Part shown: one piece after another, positions 41,214 through 54,086 of the stretch
Layout of the letters: each line of letters starts with the position of its first letter
Numbering within the stretch: position 1 is the stretch's first letter
DNA from: Neocallimastix sp. 'constans'
Lineage: Eukaryota
NCBI GenBank assembly: GCA_050613775.1
Contig: JBODTK010000113.1
Coordinates: 248,001-312,000 of the forward strand
Direction of reading: 5' to 3'
Length of the DNA stretch: 64,000 nt
Notes under the pieces: generated by a model
What the model saw: only the letters and a program-made list of their open reading frames with translations
Database searches by the model: none
What the model was told of the DNA's origin: nothing
Translations under genes and position numbers: made by a program

Positions 41214-43623
41214 CACCTTAACCTGAGCCATAGCACATTTTCATTCGAAAGAGGAGTAATTTTTTTTTTTTTAAAGTTCTTTAGAGATACAATAAAGGGA
41301 GGTTTAAAGCAATTTCCCATTAGAGAATTCTTTTCCAATTCAGTATAAATCCCTGAATTAACTAGTGTCTGTCGTCTTTCTCGTTCTTTCTTTGTTTGTT
41401 CGAGCCAAGTAGAGGTGAATACTAATAGCTGAAAATAACATTCGTTTATAAGGGATATATATATCGGAATAGGAGGATTCCTAAGAAATCCTTTTATATG
41501 GAATAAAGTGCTTTTTTTTTCAGACTTTTTATTATTCATTCTCTGTAATGATCGGTTTCAATTCTAAATCAATTTGAAAAACCGTACACTTAAATAGGTA
41601 TATGCAATTCGTTTTAGGTAACTCTTGACTTGAAAGATAAAAAGTAGGATTACTATTATAAAGATAACAAGAAACTTCCCTTCGTACTACTAGACTGGCA
41701 CATTTTATTAATAATCAAATTGCATTTCATTATTTCTAGCCCATTTACTAACAAACTTTAACAATTTCTTAAGTTGGGATCTTGTTGGAGCACATAATAC
41801 AATGTCATCTGCAAAAAAGACCTCCACAACAACGTTTATCACCAATAGAGATGCCATATTTATCCAATTTATTAAAAATATCATTAATGAAAACAAGTTA
41901 AACAAAAAATTGGTGAAGAGGGGGGGGGACGCAATCTTGACAAACACCACACCTTTCTTAATACTAAATAATTCTAATAATTGTCCAACAACCCTTACAA
42001 CAAGCCTTGGAAGTTAAGTATTATTAAGTTTTCAATACGTTTATAGCAACTTACTTCTATGACCTAAATGAAGAATCTTCATTAATACATTATATATGGG
42101 AAGAGAGTCATACAATTTTTTTTTTAAGATCGTCCAAAAAAAAAAAAGCAAGGTTAAGTAAGTATCTTCATTTTCAAATTTTCGTCTTTAACATATAATT
42201 CTTAATGAATTGTAAAAGACCTTATACATTCTTCTCGACTACGAAATCCATGTTGTTCAGGTCTTATAAATCCTTTTGATCAATTCCATATTTAGAGATT
42301 CCATTAGCAATGATTATTTTTTTTTTTTTTTTTTCACCGACAATTTTTAATTCATTATTGATATGGGAGATGTCACGATAGTTATCATATAATCTGATGG
42401 ATCGCCCTTTTTTTATGAATAGAAACTATCGATTGCGTTATTCCATGATTTTTTGGAAATCAACCTTCCAAATACGATTGAATTAAGGCTTTGAGACAAT
42501 TTAAAACCAGATATAATATTACTATTATTATTTTCACTAGATTCTTCTAAATCATTTTTTTTTTTTTTTTACCAAGGAATCAAAAGCTTTGAAGAATCCA
42601 ATTCCATTAAAAATTCCATTCAGGACCATAAGCTTTAAAGTTAAAGGGGGTAGATAAAATTGCCTCACTAATTACTTCACTATTTTTATATCTTGGTTAA
42701 TTTCCCATTTTATTAACCTTGGATTTCTCAAATTCATAAGTGGAATCAGAATCTTTCCTGAAAATTTTTAGAAAAACGATGCCCTAAAGAATGCCAAACT
42801 TTTAAAAAAATTTTTTCTATCTGTAGAAGAAACTAATTCATTGTTATTATTTTTAATAGGATGGGAAGACCGTGAAAGATGGATTATTTAATTTTTTTTT
42901 TTTTTTTTTTTTTTTTTCATTCTTTTTTTTTTATCCATTTCCATGATTTCCGACTATCATTTTTTTTAAGAGTTAATGAGCATTCCATCTTTATCCAATA
43001 TAAATGTTTTTTTTTTTTTTTTTTTTTTTTTTTTTCTAAACTTATTACATTTTTTTTTTTTCATGAATTGATTCACATAGTCTATTATATGAGTGAACAA
43101 TTTTTTTTTTTAGCAAATTCATTGGAATCACCTACAAATTTTTGATGATTAATTTGTTTATACGTTTAAAATGTTTTAACCTTTTGAAAGCCATAAAATA
43201 TTTTCCCTGGGGGGACAAGTGTTTAACATCGTTTTTTTTTTTTTTTTTTTTTTATAATTTCTGTTGATGAAATATCATCGATCGATAGGATCCTTGACAA
43301 AAAAAAAACAAAAAAACAAAAAAACAAAAAACAAAAAAAAACAAAAAACAAAAAAAAACAAAAAATATCATCAATAAAAATAAGCCACCACTATATCTTT
43401 TTTTTTACATTTATCAAAAAATATGCTTTCTTTTTTTTTTTTATTATTATCATTATTTTAGACAGAGAGACAGAGAAGAGAATACACTTTCATAATTTTA
43501 TTAATTTTATTATAAAAAAAAATACATAGTAGGTAAAAAAAAAAAAAAAAAAGTACATTTGAAATTAAAAAATAAAAAAAAAAGTTAAAAAAATAAAAAA
43601 ATAAAAAATAAAAAATAAAAATA

Positions 43624-43658
<35 letters not shown>

Positions 43659-44510
43659 TACTATGTATTTCGGCAAGTTGTACTACTATGTGGGAATTCT
43701 CCTTTCCTACCAAATAAAAAAAATAAAAAAAATAAAACCTAGAAGTAACATCATTTAAGATAGATCGTGTGATATCCACTAAACTCTTCCTGGATTCATC
43801 ATTTATTGAACTACTAAGTCGAAATTCACCCTTTATAGAAATAGATTGATGATCCTGAATTATCATCTATGCCATTTGATATATATAATATATAATATAT
43901 ATTTTAATTACAGCAAACTTGTTTCATGTTTATAATTAATAAAATACATGTAATAAAAAAAAAAAAAAAAAATAAAAATAAAAATAAAAAAAAAAAAAAA
44001 AAACACACAAAATAAAAAATAAAATAAAATAAATGGTATAATGTATTCTAGATTCATTTAATTAATATCAGTAAGACTTCATAGGGGCATTATTATTATA
44101 CTGTAACCGTAGTATAATCATTTTTTTTTTTTTTTTTTTTTTGACTTCACAATGTTATTTCATAATTTTTTAAGATACAAAATTATGATCTTCATTGGTT
44201 GAGGTAAGCCCCCGCTAGCTGGCCTACCTTAACTGTTTCTTCAGTATTGACGCTCTTGGTTTGGTGGTGGTAGTAATGGTAGTAGTAGTAGAATTAGATT
44301 TGAACCTATTGAACAAAAAAGACCATGGCTTGGCCTAATAGATAGTAATAGGTATAATCGATTAAAGAAGATTCGTACTTAACCACTTGTTAACCACCAA
44401 GAATGGAATATCAGAATAAGCAACCTGATTTCATCCGGCACTTAAAATTGATTCTTCCATTCCCTTGTACTGTTATTAATACTTCTCCCCCCTCCCCTCC
44501 CCTCAAGAAG
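40630..44510 (-). mobile_element. Decayed non-LTR retrotransposon (LINE), reverse-transcriptase pseudogene. Boundaries approximate
   Basis: Ordered, frameshifted - strand RT motifs: KKGDPSD/DNYRDISHIN (~42415-42355), IRPEQHGFRSREECI (~42270-42225), LDDLKK/YDSLP (~42135-42095), GVRQD/LFNLF/INDI (~41950-41875) and FADDIVLCAPTRSQLKKLL...W...NEMQF (41820-41715). Confidence 0.88.
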
Positions 44511-45353
44511 GAAATTAAAACACTTTTTTTTTTAAATACACACTAGAATCAACATACACAATTATTTTCAATACTATTACTAACATTACTAATAATACTA
44601 TTAACTACTATTATTATAACTATACCATTTGATTTATATATATTTAAAGTAAAACTTTATCAACACATAAATTTATAATAATATTCATAATTAATAAAAT
44701 AATATACTTTTTAAATAAAAATAACGTAGCATACTACACTTATCAACCATTTATTAATATACCATTAATACTTTATAGAATTAAAATTAAATAATATAAT
44801 CCATATGTTTTTTTTTTTTTTTTAATTCTTTAATTTTTTAATTCTTTTATTATTTTTTATTTTTTTTTTTTTTTTTAATATGTTTTTATTTCTAATTTTT
44901 TTTTTTTTTTCTATTTTTATTTTTTTTTTTATATATAAGAAATAATTAAAAAAAAAAATTAAAATAAAAATTAAAAAAATAAAAATAAAACAAAATAAAT
45001 AAAATTAATAAATAAATAATATATATAAATTTAAATAATATTGATAAATTAGATTAATATTAAATTTTTATTTTAAATTATTTAATAGATATTTTTCCTT
45101 ATGATTTAAAATATAATAATATGTTATAATAATTTTTTTTTTTTTTTTTTTTCACTTTTCTCTTTATAATTATGATATAATTTTTTATGATATTAATGAG
45201 GTATTTTAAAATAATTATATATATATTTTTTTGATATAAGGAAAAATATAAAAATAATAATAATAATATCTTATGTATAATTAATATGAAATGAGTTTAT
45301 TGGATTAAGACAAAAATACAAAAAAAAAAAAAAAAAAAAGGAAAAAAAAATGT

Positions 45354-46473
45354 TTATTTCCAACTACCATAGAATAAATGTAAAAGTTTTACTCTTTCTG
45401 GGAATTTACAACCATCTAATACTTCACATTCTTCTGGATTTGGTTCTGTAAATGAAAAGCCATCTTTTCCAAGGAAAAGGACATCATTAACTTGTCCACC
45501 ATGAAGTAAATCCCTTGGATTATAACCAGCTTTAATTATATAATCAAATATAGCTTCAGTCCAAATACCTGGTCCAGTACGATGTAAAATATTTACCTTT
45601 GGATTTGGATAACGATCAACACCAAGATGTTCATAACGCATATGTTTATAAATATAATATGGCATATAATGTAATATTGGATGGTGTGGAACAGAAGCTA
45701 TTGCCCATTGACAAAATTGAACTAATTCAGCAAATTGAGTTTGACGTAATCTATATGGAGTTCTAATATCTTCTAAACCAATAATTACTTTAGCATCCTT
45801 ATTATCACCCCACCATTCATCAATAGGCTGGAAGCATCTAGTATCAGTATCAACATATACACCACCAAATGTATCTAATACAGCATAACGCCACATATCA
45901 GTTTTTTCAACAATTGAATCTAAATTATTGAAAACATCCAATGAATCTGGATGATACTTCTCCATAAATTCCATAATATCATCATCATCATATAAAATAT
46001 GTTTCCATCCTGGATTTAACTCTGACCAACTATCAATATTTTCTTTAACATCAGGTGGAATATTTTTCTTATCTTTAACTATTTAAATAAAAATAGTTAT
46101 AATTATAATAATTCAACATATTAATTAATTAATATTAAATTATAATAATATATATATTTACTAATTAAGGAATAATTAATTAAAAAAAAAAAAAAAAGTA
46201 ACTATAATAGATATCTTTATATAATTGTTTTTTTTTTTTTTTTTTTTTAATAATATTATTTAATATTAGTAATTACTAACCAGTTTGATGAATAATTCTA
46301 GGAATTCTTGTAGTACCAATTGGTTCTTCTCTTAATGCTGACATAGCATATTCACTAGCACTATTTCTTATTTTTGACTTTGGTGGTTTGAACACCGATA
46401 TCAAAGGAAAAATTAATATACAAGTTGCTATTATTAAGAAAGTTAAAGGTTTTGTCTTTATTCTAATACCCAT
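45354..46473 (-). CDS. GT32-family (Och1/Sur1-like) DXD glycosyltransferase, type II membrane protein, 305 aa. Exons 46473-46281 and 46078-45354
   Basis: N-terminal transmembrane anchor, then RIPRIIHQT|VKD..., SWSELNPGWKHILYDD, KTDMWRYAVLDTFGGVYVDTD, CQWAIASVPHHP, TGPGIWTEAI and HLFYGSWK. The GTTAGT...TAG intron is in phase. Confidence 0.93.
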
Positions 46474-48335
46474 TTTCTCTTTATTTTATTTTAATATTTC
46501 AAAAATTTATAAATTCTATATTTTATATTATTTATTATTATTATTAGATATTAATTATTATTATTATTTTATTTTTTTTTTTTTTTTTTTGATTCTATAA
46601 ATATATAATGTATTGGAAAAAAAAAATATTTATGATTTTATCTATACAAAAATATATAATTATATATTTTCTTTTCTATTATTTAATTTAATAAATGATA
46701 AAATAAAAAAGTAATAATAATTATTTCTTTTATTTGTCAATTAATAAATTAAATAATATTTTATCTCTATTTCTGAATTCTTTAAAAATTATACTGCGTA
46801 TTTAATATATATATGTTTTTATTAAAAACACTCCACAATAGTATTATCTATTTGCTATTTATTTCAAAATATAAAAAAAAATAAAATAAAATATTTTTTA
46901 CTTTTTTTTTATTTTATATGATAATATTGAAAAGTGTTTTTATTTTTGTTTCGTTTTTTTTTTTTTTTTTTTTTTTTTTTTTCTTTTCTTTAGTTTTGTT
47001 TTTTTGATTATTCTATTTTGTTATTAAATCTTTAACATTTATATTTATATTCTTTTCCTTAAATATATATATTGATTTCTTTTATTAAAGTACTAAGGTT
47101 ATATTTGTTTTAATTTTATTATTATTCTTTATTTCTTTAATTTTATATCTTCTTTTTTTTTTTTTAATTATATATTTATTAATTTATTTATTCTTTTTTT
47201 TTTTTTTTTTATTTTTTTTGAACTTGATTCGTCTATAACTTTTTTTTATTATTATTATATCTTATTATGCTATTAATATAAATAAATAATAATTTATAAA
47301 TTTAATAAAAAAAAACAATTTTAACAAAAAAAAAAAAAAAAAAAATACTTTCTTTTTTATTTTATATGAGAATTTTAATCATTCAAAAAAAAAAAAAAAA
47401 AAATTCTATTTTTCTGTTTTTTTATTTATTTATTTATTTATTTATTTATATACTTATAATTATCTCTATTTATATATAATTATTTATTAATAATTATTTA
47501 TATATTTATCTATATTTATTTATATATATAAATTTATATTTATTATTTAATTATTTTATATTATTAATATTAAATCTATAACTGCATTCAAATATAAAAT
47601 AAATATTTTAATTATAACCAAAATAATAAAATTTTATATATTATAATATATTGCATTTAAATAAAAATATATTAAATTTGAAATATAAAAAAAAATTCTA
47701 TATTAATGAAAATTTATAATTTATATAATCAATATATTATATAAATTATTCTGTATTATATAATTAATATTACTATTTAAATAATTATATAATATTATTA
47801 GTATATTTTATTATATTGTAAAAATTTCAAATATTTAATTTTAATTACACTATATATTAAATACTAATGAACAAGTAAATTCATTACACTGCAATATATT
47901 GGAATTCATATATTTAAATTATCAAAAGATAGAATAATTAATAATGATTTAATATATTAATATAAGCATTTAATTTAAATAATCTCAATTGAATAGTATT
48001 TAATTCAATTTAATTTTATTGACAATATATAGAATTATAATTAACTTTGTATATAATATATTGATAAATTAAATTAATTTATATAAATTATATATAATGA
48101 ATTGATTAGTATATATAGAAAAAACAATTCAACGATTCTTTTTAATTAATAAATAAGATAAAAAAAAAAGTTAATTATAAATTAAATAAATTATAAAAGA
48201 TGGATTATTTATTTTTAAGCTTTTCCCTTGACTAAATGAATTATTATATAAATGAATGAATAATTATTATATAAATAAATCGCTATTTTATAAATAATAA
48301 ATATTTGACTTTAAATAAATGAACTATTCATAACA

Positions 48336-48369
<34 letters not shown>

Positions 48370-50172
48370 TATTTTTTTTTTACTTATTTTTCATTCCTTA
48401 GAAAATACCATAAAAATTTTTTCATTCCTTAGAAAATACCAAAGAAATTTCGAAATGAAAGTAAAAATTTAAAGTATATAACAATATGTCTTAAAAAGAA
48501 AAATAGAAAAATAAAAAAAAAAATAATAATTAAATAAAATGAATAATTAAATAATAATTATAATAATAATTAAATAATTGAATAATTAAATAATAATTAT
48601 AATAATAATTAAATAATTGAATAATTAAATAGTTGAATAAATTTTAGTAAGAAATATTTCAATAATAAAAATAACTAATTATAAAAATTGGCAATGATAG
48701 AATTTAAAAATAAAAATAAATTTTATCAAAAGGTTTTTATATAGATATATATAGATATATATAGATCATTTAATAATAAAAAAAAAATTTTTTTTATTAT
48801 TATTAAATTAGGTCTGGCATCTTCCTTTTTAATTTTAATTTTGATTGAATTAAAATTTATAGGTAGAATTTAGAAAAATTAATTCAGTATATAATGATTT
48901 CTAATATTTATAAATATTTATAAATAGCATTAAATATTATATTTTATATATTATATAATCAATAATTATAAATAAATCTCTAATAAAAAATAAGTATATA
49001 ACTAAAAATAATAATCAATAAATCAATAACACTATAAATAATAATTGTAAAGTTAAAATATATATAGATATACATTTATTATTATATAAAAAATTTTTTC
49101 TTTAATCGCTATAAATAATTATATTATTAATAGTAATAAATAATGATAAAAAAATGCATTCCATTATTAATAGTATTAATTTATATGATGTAAAAAGAAA
49201 AGTAATAATAGTATTAAAATAATACATCTAAATATTTATTAAATATTTATTATTCATTAATTTTTGTTTTAATCCAACAATATTGTATTAAAACCATCTC
49301 TTACTTTCTGTTACCTCTTGGTAAATCTCCAGTAATATAAAAATTTATCCATAATAAATTATTACACATAAAAAACAAATAAATAAAATGAATAGAAAAA
49401 AAATAATATTTAAAATTATTTTATATTATAAATGAATTCATAATTTTATTTAAAATTATTTTATAGATTAAATAAATTCATATTTAAAGTTAATATTTAA
49501 TATATTCTTCTATTCATATCACAATATTATTTAATGAAAAAAAAAAAAGTTTTAATATAAAATAATTATTATTATTAAAGATTATTCTTTTTTTTTTTTT
49601 TAAAAATAAAAATAAAAATAAATATGAAAAAAAAAAATTAATATTTAATTTTTTTTTTTTAAATAAAGTGTATATTCTAATTATATAAATGTTACTTAAA
49701 CTACCTGTAAAAATAGTCAATATATATATTTATTAACTAAGGATAAAAAATATTCATATAAAATAAAATAAAAATAAAAGTTTTAATAAATTTTATAGCA
49801 TTACTATTAAAATGTTTTATATAATTACTATTTAATAAACTTTTTTTCTAATAAAATATGAAATATAATTGTTGATTAATTGTAATCAATATAGAAAAAA
49901 AATGAATTATCATACAATTACTTATGCTAAAAAAAAATAAAAATAAAAATAAAAAAAAGTAAAGCATTAAAAAAATTATAAAAAAATTTTAAAATCTTTT
50001 AAATAAAATTTTAAAATTTTATTTATTTCACTTCAATACGAAATACATTATCTATGTTACGTTACATGTGAATAAACCAATGATATTCTGTGTCTTGAAT
50101 TCATTATATTCCTTATTAAAAACTTTATTAATTAAGCTTTTATTTTTATTTTTTATTTTTAATTTTTTATTT

Positions 50173-50209
<37 letters not shown>

Positions 50210-51329
50210 TTTTTTATTTTAAACCTTTTAGGATAAAAATGTATTATGGTAAAAAAAAATTTAATGAACCAAACCCAAACTTTAATTTATATAGCTTTGA
50301 ATAGATTAAGCTTTATCCACCATCTTCACTCAAACCCTTTAACTAATTTTATTTCAAAAGCAGAAAAGCAATGAAAAGATTGAATGGTTTGTTTAATATT
50401 AAATTAATTAAACTATATTAATTTTAAATTAAATATTTCATTTAAGCCATTTTTTTAAATTTTCCAAAACATGGAAACTTTCCTAATGGTTAAGAGAAAC
50501 CTTAATTTATATTGTAATCTATTGTACATATATAATATATATTATGGATAGATAATATTCTATATATATATTTATATATTAATACATTAATACATTCTAC
50601 ATTACATTTTTATAAAAATCATTTATTTTACTTTTATTTTACTTTTAATTATTTTTAATTATTTATAATACAAACCCAATCTTTTTTTAATACAAAATCA
50701 ATAAAGGGTATACATGAAATGTGGCGTCTTTTATTTTTAGTTGGTAAATGTAGCATATTATCTTTTATATAAATATAAATAAAATAATAAAAGCATTTAT
50801 AATAAACAAATAAAATTACCAATTAACAATAAAATTATTATTATCCATTATTATCTGTTGGTTATTATTATTATTATTATCTAACAAATTTATATAATAT
50901 ATATAATATTTATTAATTATTATTTATTTATATATGTATATATGAAAAAAATTGAATTAAATTATCAAAAGATACCTATAATTATGATAATTTATAATAT
51001 CATATTTAATTTTAATAACTATAGAATATAAATTTATTAATTTCAGTAAATAATAATAGTAATAATAGTAATAATAATAATATTTACAAAAATATTTACA
51101 ATAATAGATATATAATAATTAACATTATAAATATTATAATTAATAATTTTATAATTACATTAAATAATAATAATAAAAATGTATAAAAAAAAAAAAAAAC
51201 TTTATTATTAATGATATAATTATATAAAATAATTAAAATTTAATTATTATTTATTAATATAAAAGGAAAGATAGAAAAACGGCAGATGAGAGTTTAACTT
51301 ATTAGGATAGAAGATCCTAAATTGTTTTA

Positions 51330-52260
51330 TATTATAAATATTAAAACAAAATAATAAATAATAAACATTAATTGAATAATAAATAAATAATAAATAATAA
51401 ATAATAAACATTAATTGAATAATAAATAAATAATAAATAATAATTGAATAATAAATAAATAATAATAGATAATAAATAATTGAATAATAAAGAAAATTTA
51501 TTAATAAATAATAAATATAAATAAATATAGAATAACGGCAGATGAGAGTGTTTTACTTTTTAGTATAAAAGATCCTAAATTGTTTTATATAATAATAAAT
51601 AATTAAACGAATAATAAATAATAAATAATAAATAATAAATAATAAATAATAAATAATAAATAATTGAATAATAAATAATAAATAATAAATAATAAATAAT
51701 AAATAATAAATAATAAATAATAAATAATAAATAATTGAATAATAAATAATAAATAATAAATAATAAATAAATAATAATAGATAATAAATAATTGAATAAT
51801 AAATAATAAATAATAGATAATAAATAATAAATAAATAATAATAGATAATAAACAATAAATAATAAAATAACAATAGATAATAATACTTAATAAATAATAA
51901 TAGTTTATAAATAATAGTAGATAATAATAGATAAATAGATAATAAATAATAAATAATAAATAAAAAATAATAAATAATAAATTAAAAGAAAATAATAAAA
52001 TAAATTATAAATAATAAAAAGAGTTTATTAATAAATAATAAATAATAAATAATAAATAATAATAAATTAATATGAGATAATAATTAAATAAAATAAAATA
52101 AATAAATAAAATAAAATAAATTATAAATAATAAAAAGAGTGTTTATTAATAAATAATAAATAATAATAAATAATAAATAATAAATAATAAATAATAAATA
52201 ATAAATAATAAATAATAATAAATAATAGATAATAAATAATTAAATAATAATAAATTAATA
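51330..52260. repeat. (AATAAAT)n heptamer microsatellite region with internal duplications. Similar tracts at ~16540-16765, ~33050-33245 and ~33915-34045
   Basis: Read directly. Confidence 0.9.
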
Positions 52261-52434
52261 TGAGATAATAATTAAAAAGTAAAAAAGTTAAAATAAAATG
52301 AAATTTAAATATTATTTTATCACCTAAATAAAAATAGGAGTTTCAAAAAAAAAAAAATTCATTTATATATTTAATGAATAGATAGGATGTTAAGATTATG
52401 ATTTAAGATTATCAGTTAGGTATTTACACTCATT

Positions 52435-52438
<4 letters not shown>

Positions 52439-52474
<36 letters not shown>

Positions 52475-52750
52475 CCGGTGTGTACTGCCCTTATGGAGAG
52501 TTGCCAGATTGCATTTCGCCAAATGGGGTATTTAAATAAATAAATGCAACCTTTTTAATACGCCACATGTGTTCAATAAATTTTGCTAATTGCCAAGAGG
52601 GAAAACTTACCTGTAAACCCTAACCACTATATTTCGTAAAAACCTCTGGAAATGGTTGAAGAGCCGGATCGAACTAGGAGCCTTAGGTATGCTAGCCCAC
52701 TAGACGAATAACCTGAATAGAACCTGGTTCGACTCATAAAGATTTAACGT
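52439..52750 (-). mobile_element. Candidate tRNA-derived SINE with poly(A) tail
   Basis: GC-elevated ~280-bp non-coding island. On the - strand it has an A-box-like TCGTCTAGTGG (52707-52697), a B-box AGTTCGATCC (52675-52666), a unique body and a ~32-nt poly(A) tract (52470-52439). No full cloverleaf. Confidence 0.55.
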
Positions 52751-52996
52751 GATATATATATGTTTTTTTTTTTTTTTTTTTTTTTTTCTATTTTCTATTT
52801 TTAAATATATTGTAAAAAAAAAAAAAAATAATAAAAAAATAAAAAAAAAAAAAAAAAAAAGAGATAAAATAATATAAAAAGAAATTAAATTTAATTAAAA
52901 TATATATATATATATTTTATTAATTATTTTAATTTTATATATATAATATATTTATATATATAAACATTGACTTAACTAAATAAATAATCATTAATT

Positions 52997-53060
<64 letters not shown>

Positions 53061-53634
53061 AATCTTTCAAGTTTAAGAAATTAAAATTATCCTGGGCACA
53101 TTAATAAAATATCATTAAAGTTTAATAATTAATATGAAATACATGCAAAATATGTTTTATTAAAAAATAAATAAATAAAATTAAAAAATAAATAATAAAT
53201 ATAAAAAAAAAAATAAAAAAAAAGGAGAATTATAAATTTATGTATTTATTATTGTTATTTAAAGTTTTAAAATATAATTCTCTATTATTTTATAATGCAA
53301 ACTATATTTTGAAATATAGCCATATTGATATTAAACAAACTATATATATCATGTCAATATATTTTATCTATCCATTTATTTTTTTTATTTATACGTATAT
53401 TTATTTATTTATTTATTTATTATTAATGATTATTGTATTTATAAATAATTCTCTTCTATAGTTAAAGTTCATACTTCCCAATGACTTAATTTTATTTATG
53501 AATATCAAACATCTAAATCTAAATCTAAATCTAAATCTAAATTTTTTCAATAATTAATATTCTTTTCTTTCATTGGCATCAAATTATTTAATGAAAAAAA
53601 TATTAATAATTTTTTTTTTACAGAAATTTTTATC

Positions 53635-53705
<71 letters not shown>

Positions 53706-53737
53706 ATATAAATAAATAAATAACTATATTTTTTTAG

Positions 53738-54086
53738 GGGATCGTGCATTTCTCAATCCTTGAATTTCTCAATGTGGCGTATAAAATATTTTTAAATAAA
53801 GCCATACATTTTTAAGATATTCTATACAATTATTATTTTAAAAGAAATGATAATATATTTTTTCAATTAAATATTATTAAATAACTATTTCAAAAGAAAT
53901 AATAATATATTCTATTAAAAAAGAATTATAAAAAATTATTTTTATAATTGAATATTGATTAATTATATATATATAAAAAAAGAATATTTATTATTTATTT
54001 AATTATTATTTATTAACTATTAAAAACAAGCCTCATTCAAAATACGCCACATTCAGAAATGCACGATTGCGAAACGCACTAGATTC
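53738..54086. mobile_element. MITE-like non-autonomous DNA transposon with imperfect ~45-bp TIRs
   Basis: Left atcgtgcatttctcaatccttgaatttctcaatgtggcgtat. The reverse complement of the right end is atctagtgcgtttcgcaatcgtgcatttctgaatgtggcgtat. The interior is AT-rich and non-coding. Confidence 0.65.

Noticed and set aside
41126..43866. ORFs at 41126, 41708 and 43585 as independent genes
   Set aside because: They lie in, and on the same strand as, the decayed LINE and are best read as frameshifted fragments of it.
50230..50510. Possible transposase remnant
   Set aside because: Slightly complex sequence, but no recognisable catalytic or dimerisation motif in the frames I read.
52604..52614. 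ACTTACCTG, matching the U1 snRNA 5' end
   Set aside because: No downstream U1 stem-loops (GATCAC, ATTGCAC loops) and no Sm site.
52660..52715. Intact tRNA gene
   Set aside because: A-B box spacing is too short for an anticodon arm and there is no good acceptor stem. Treated as a SINE head instead.
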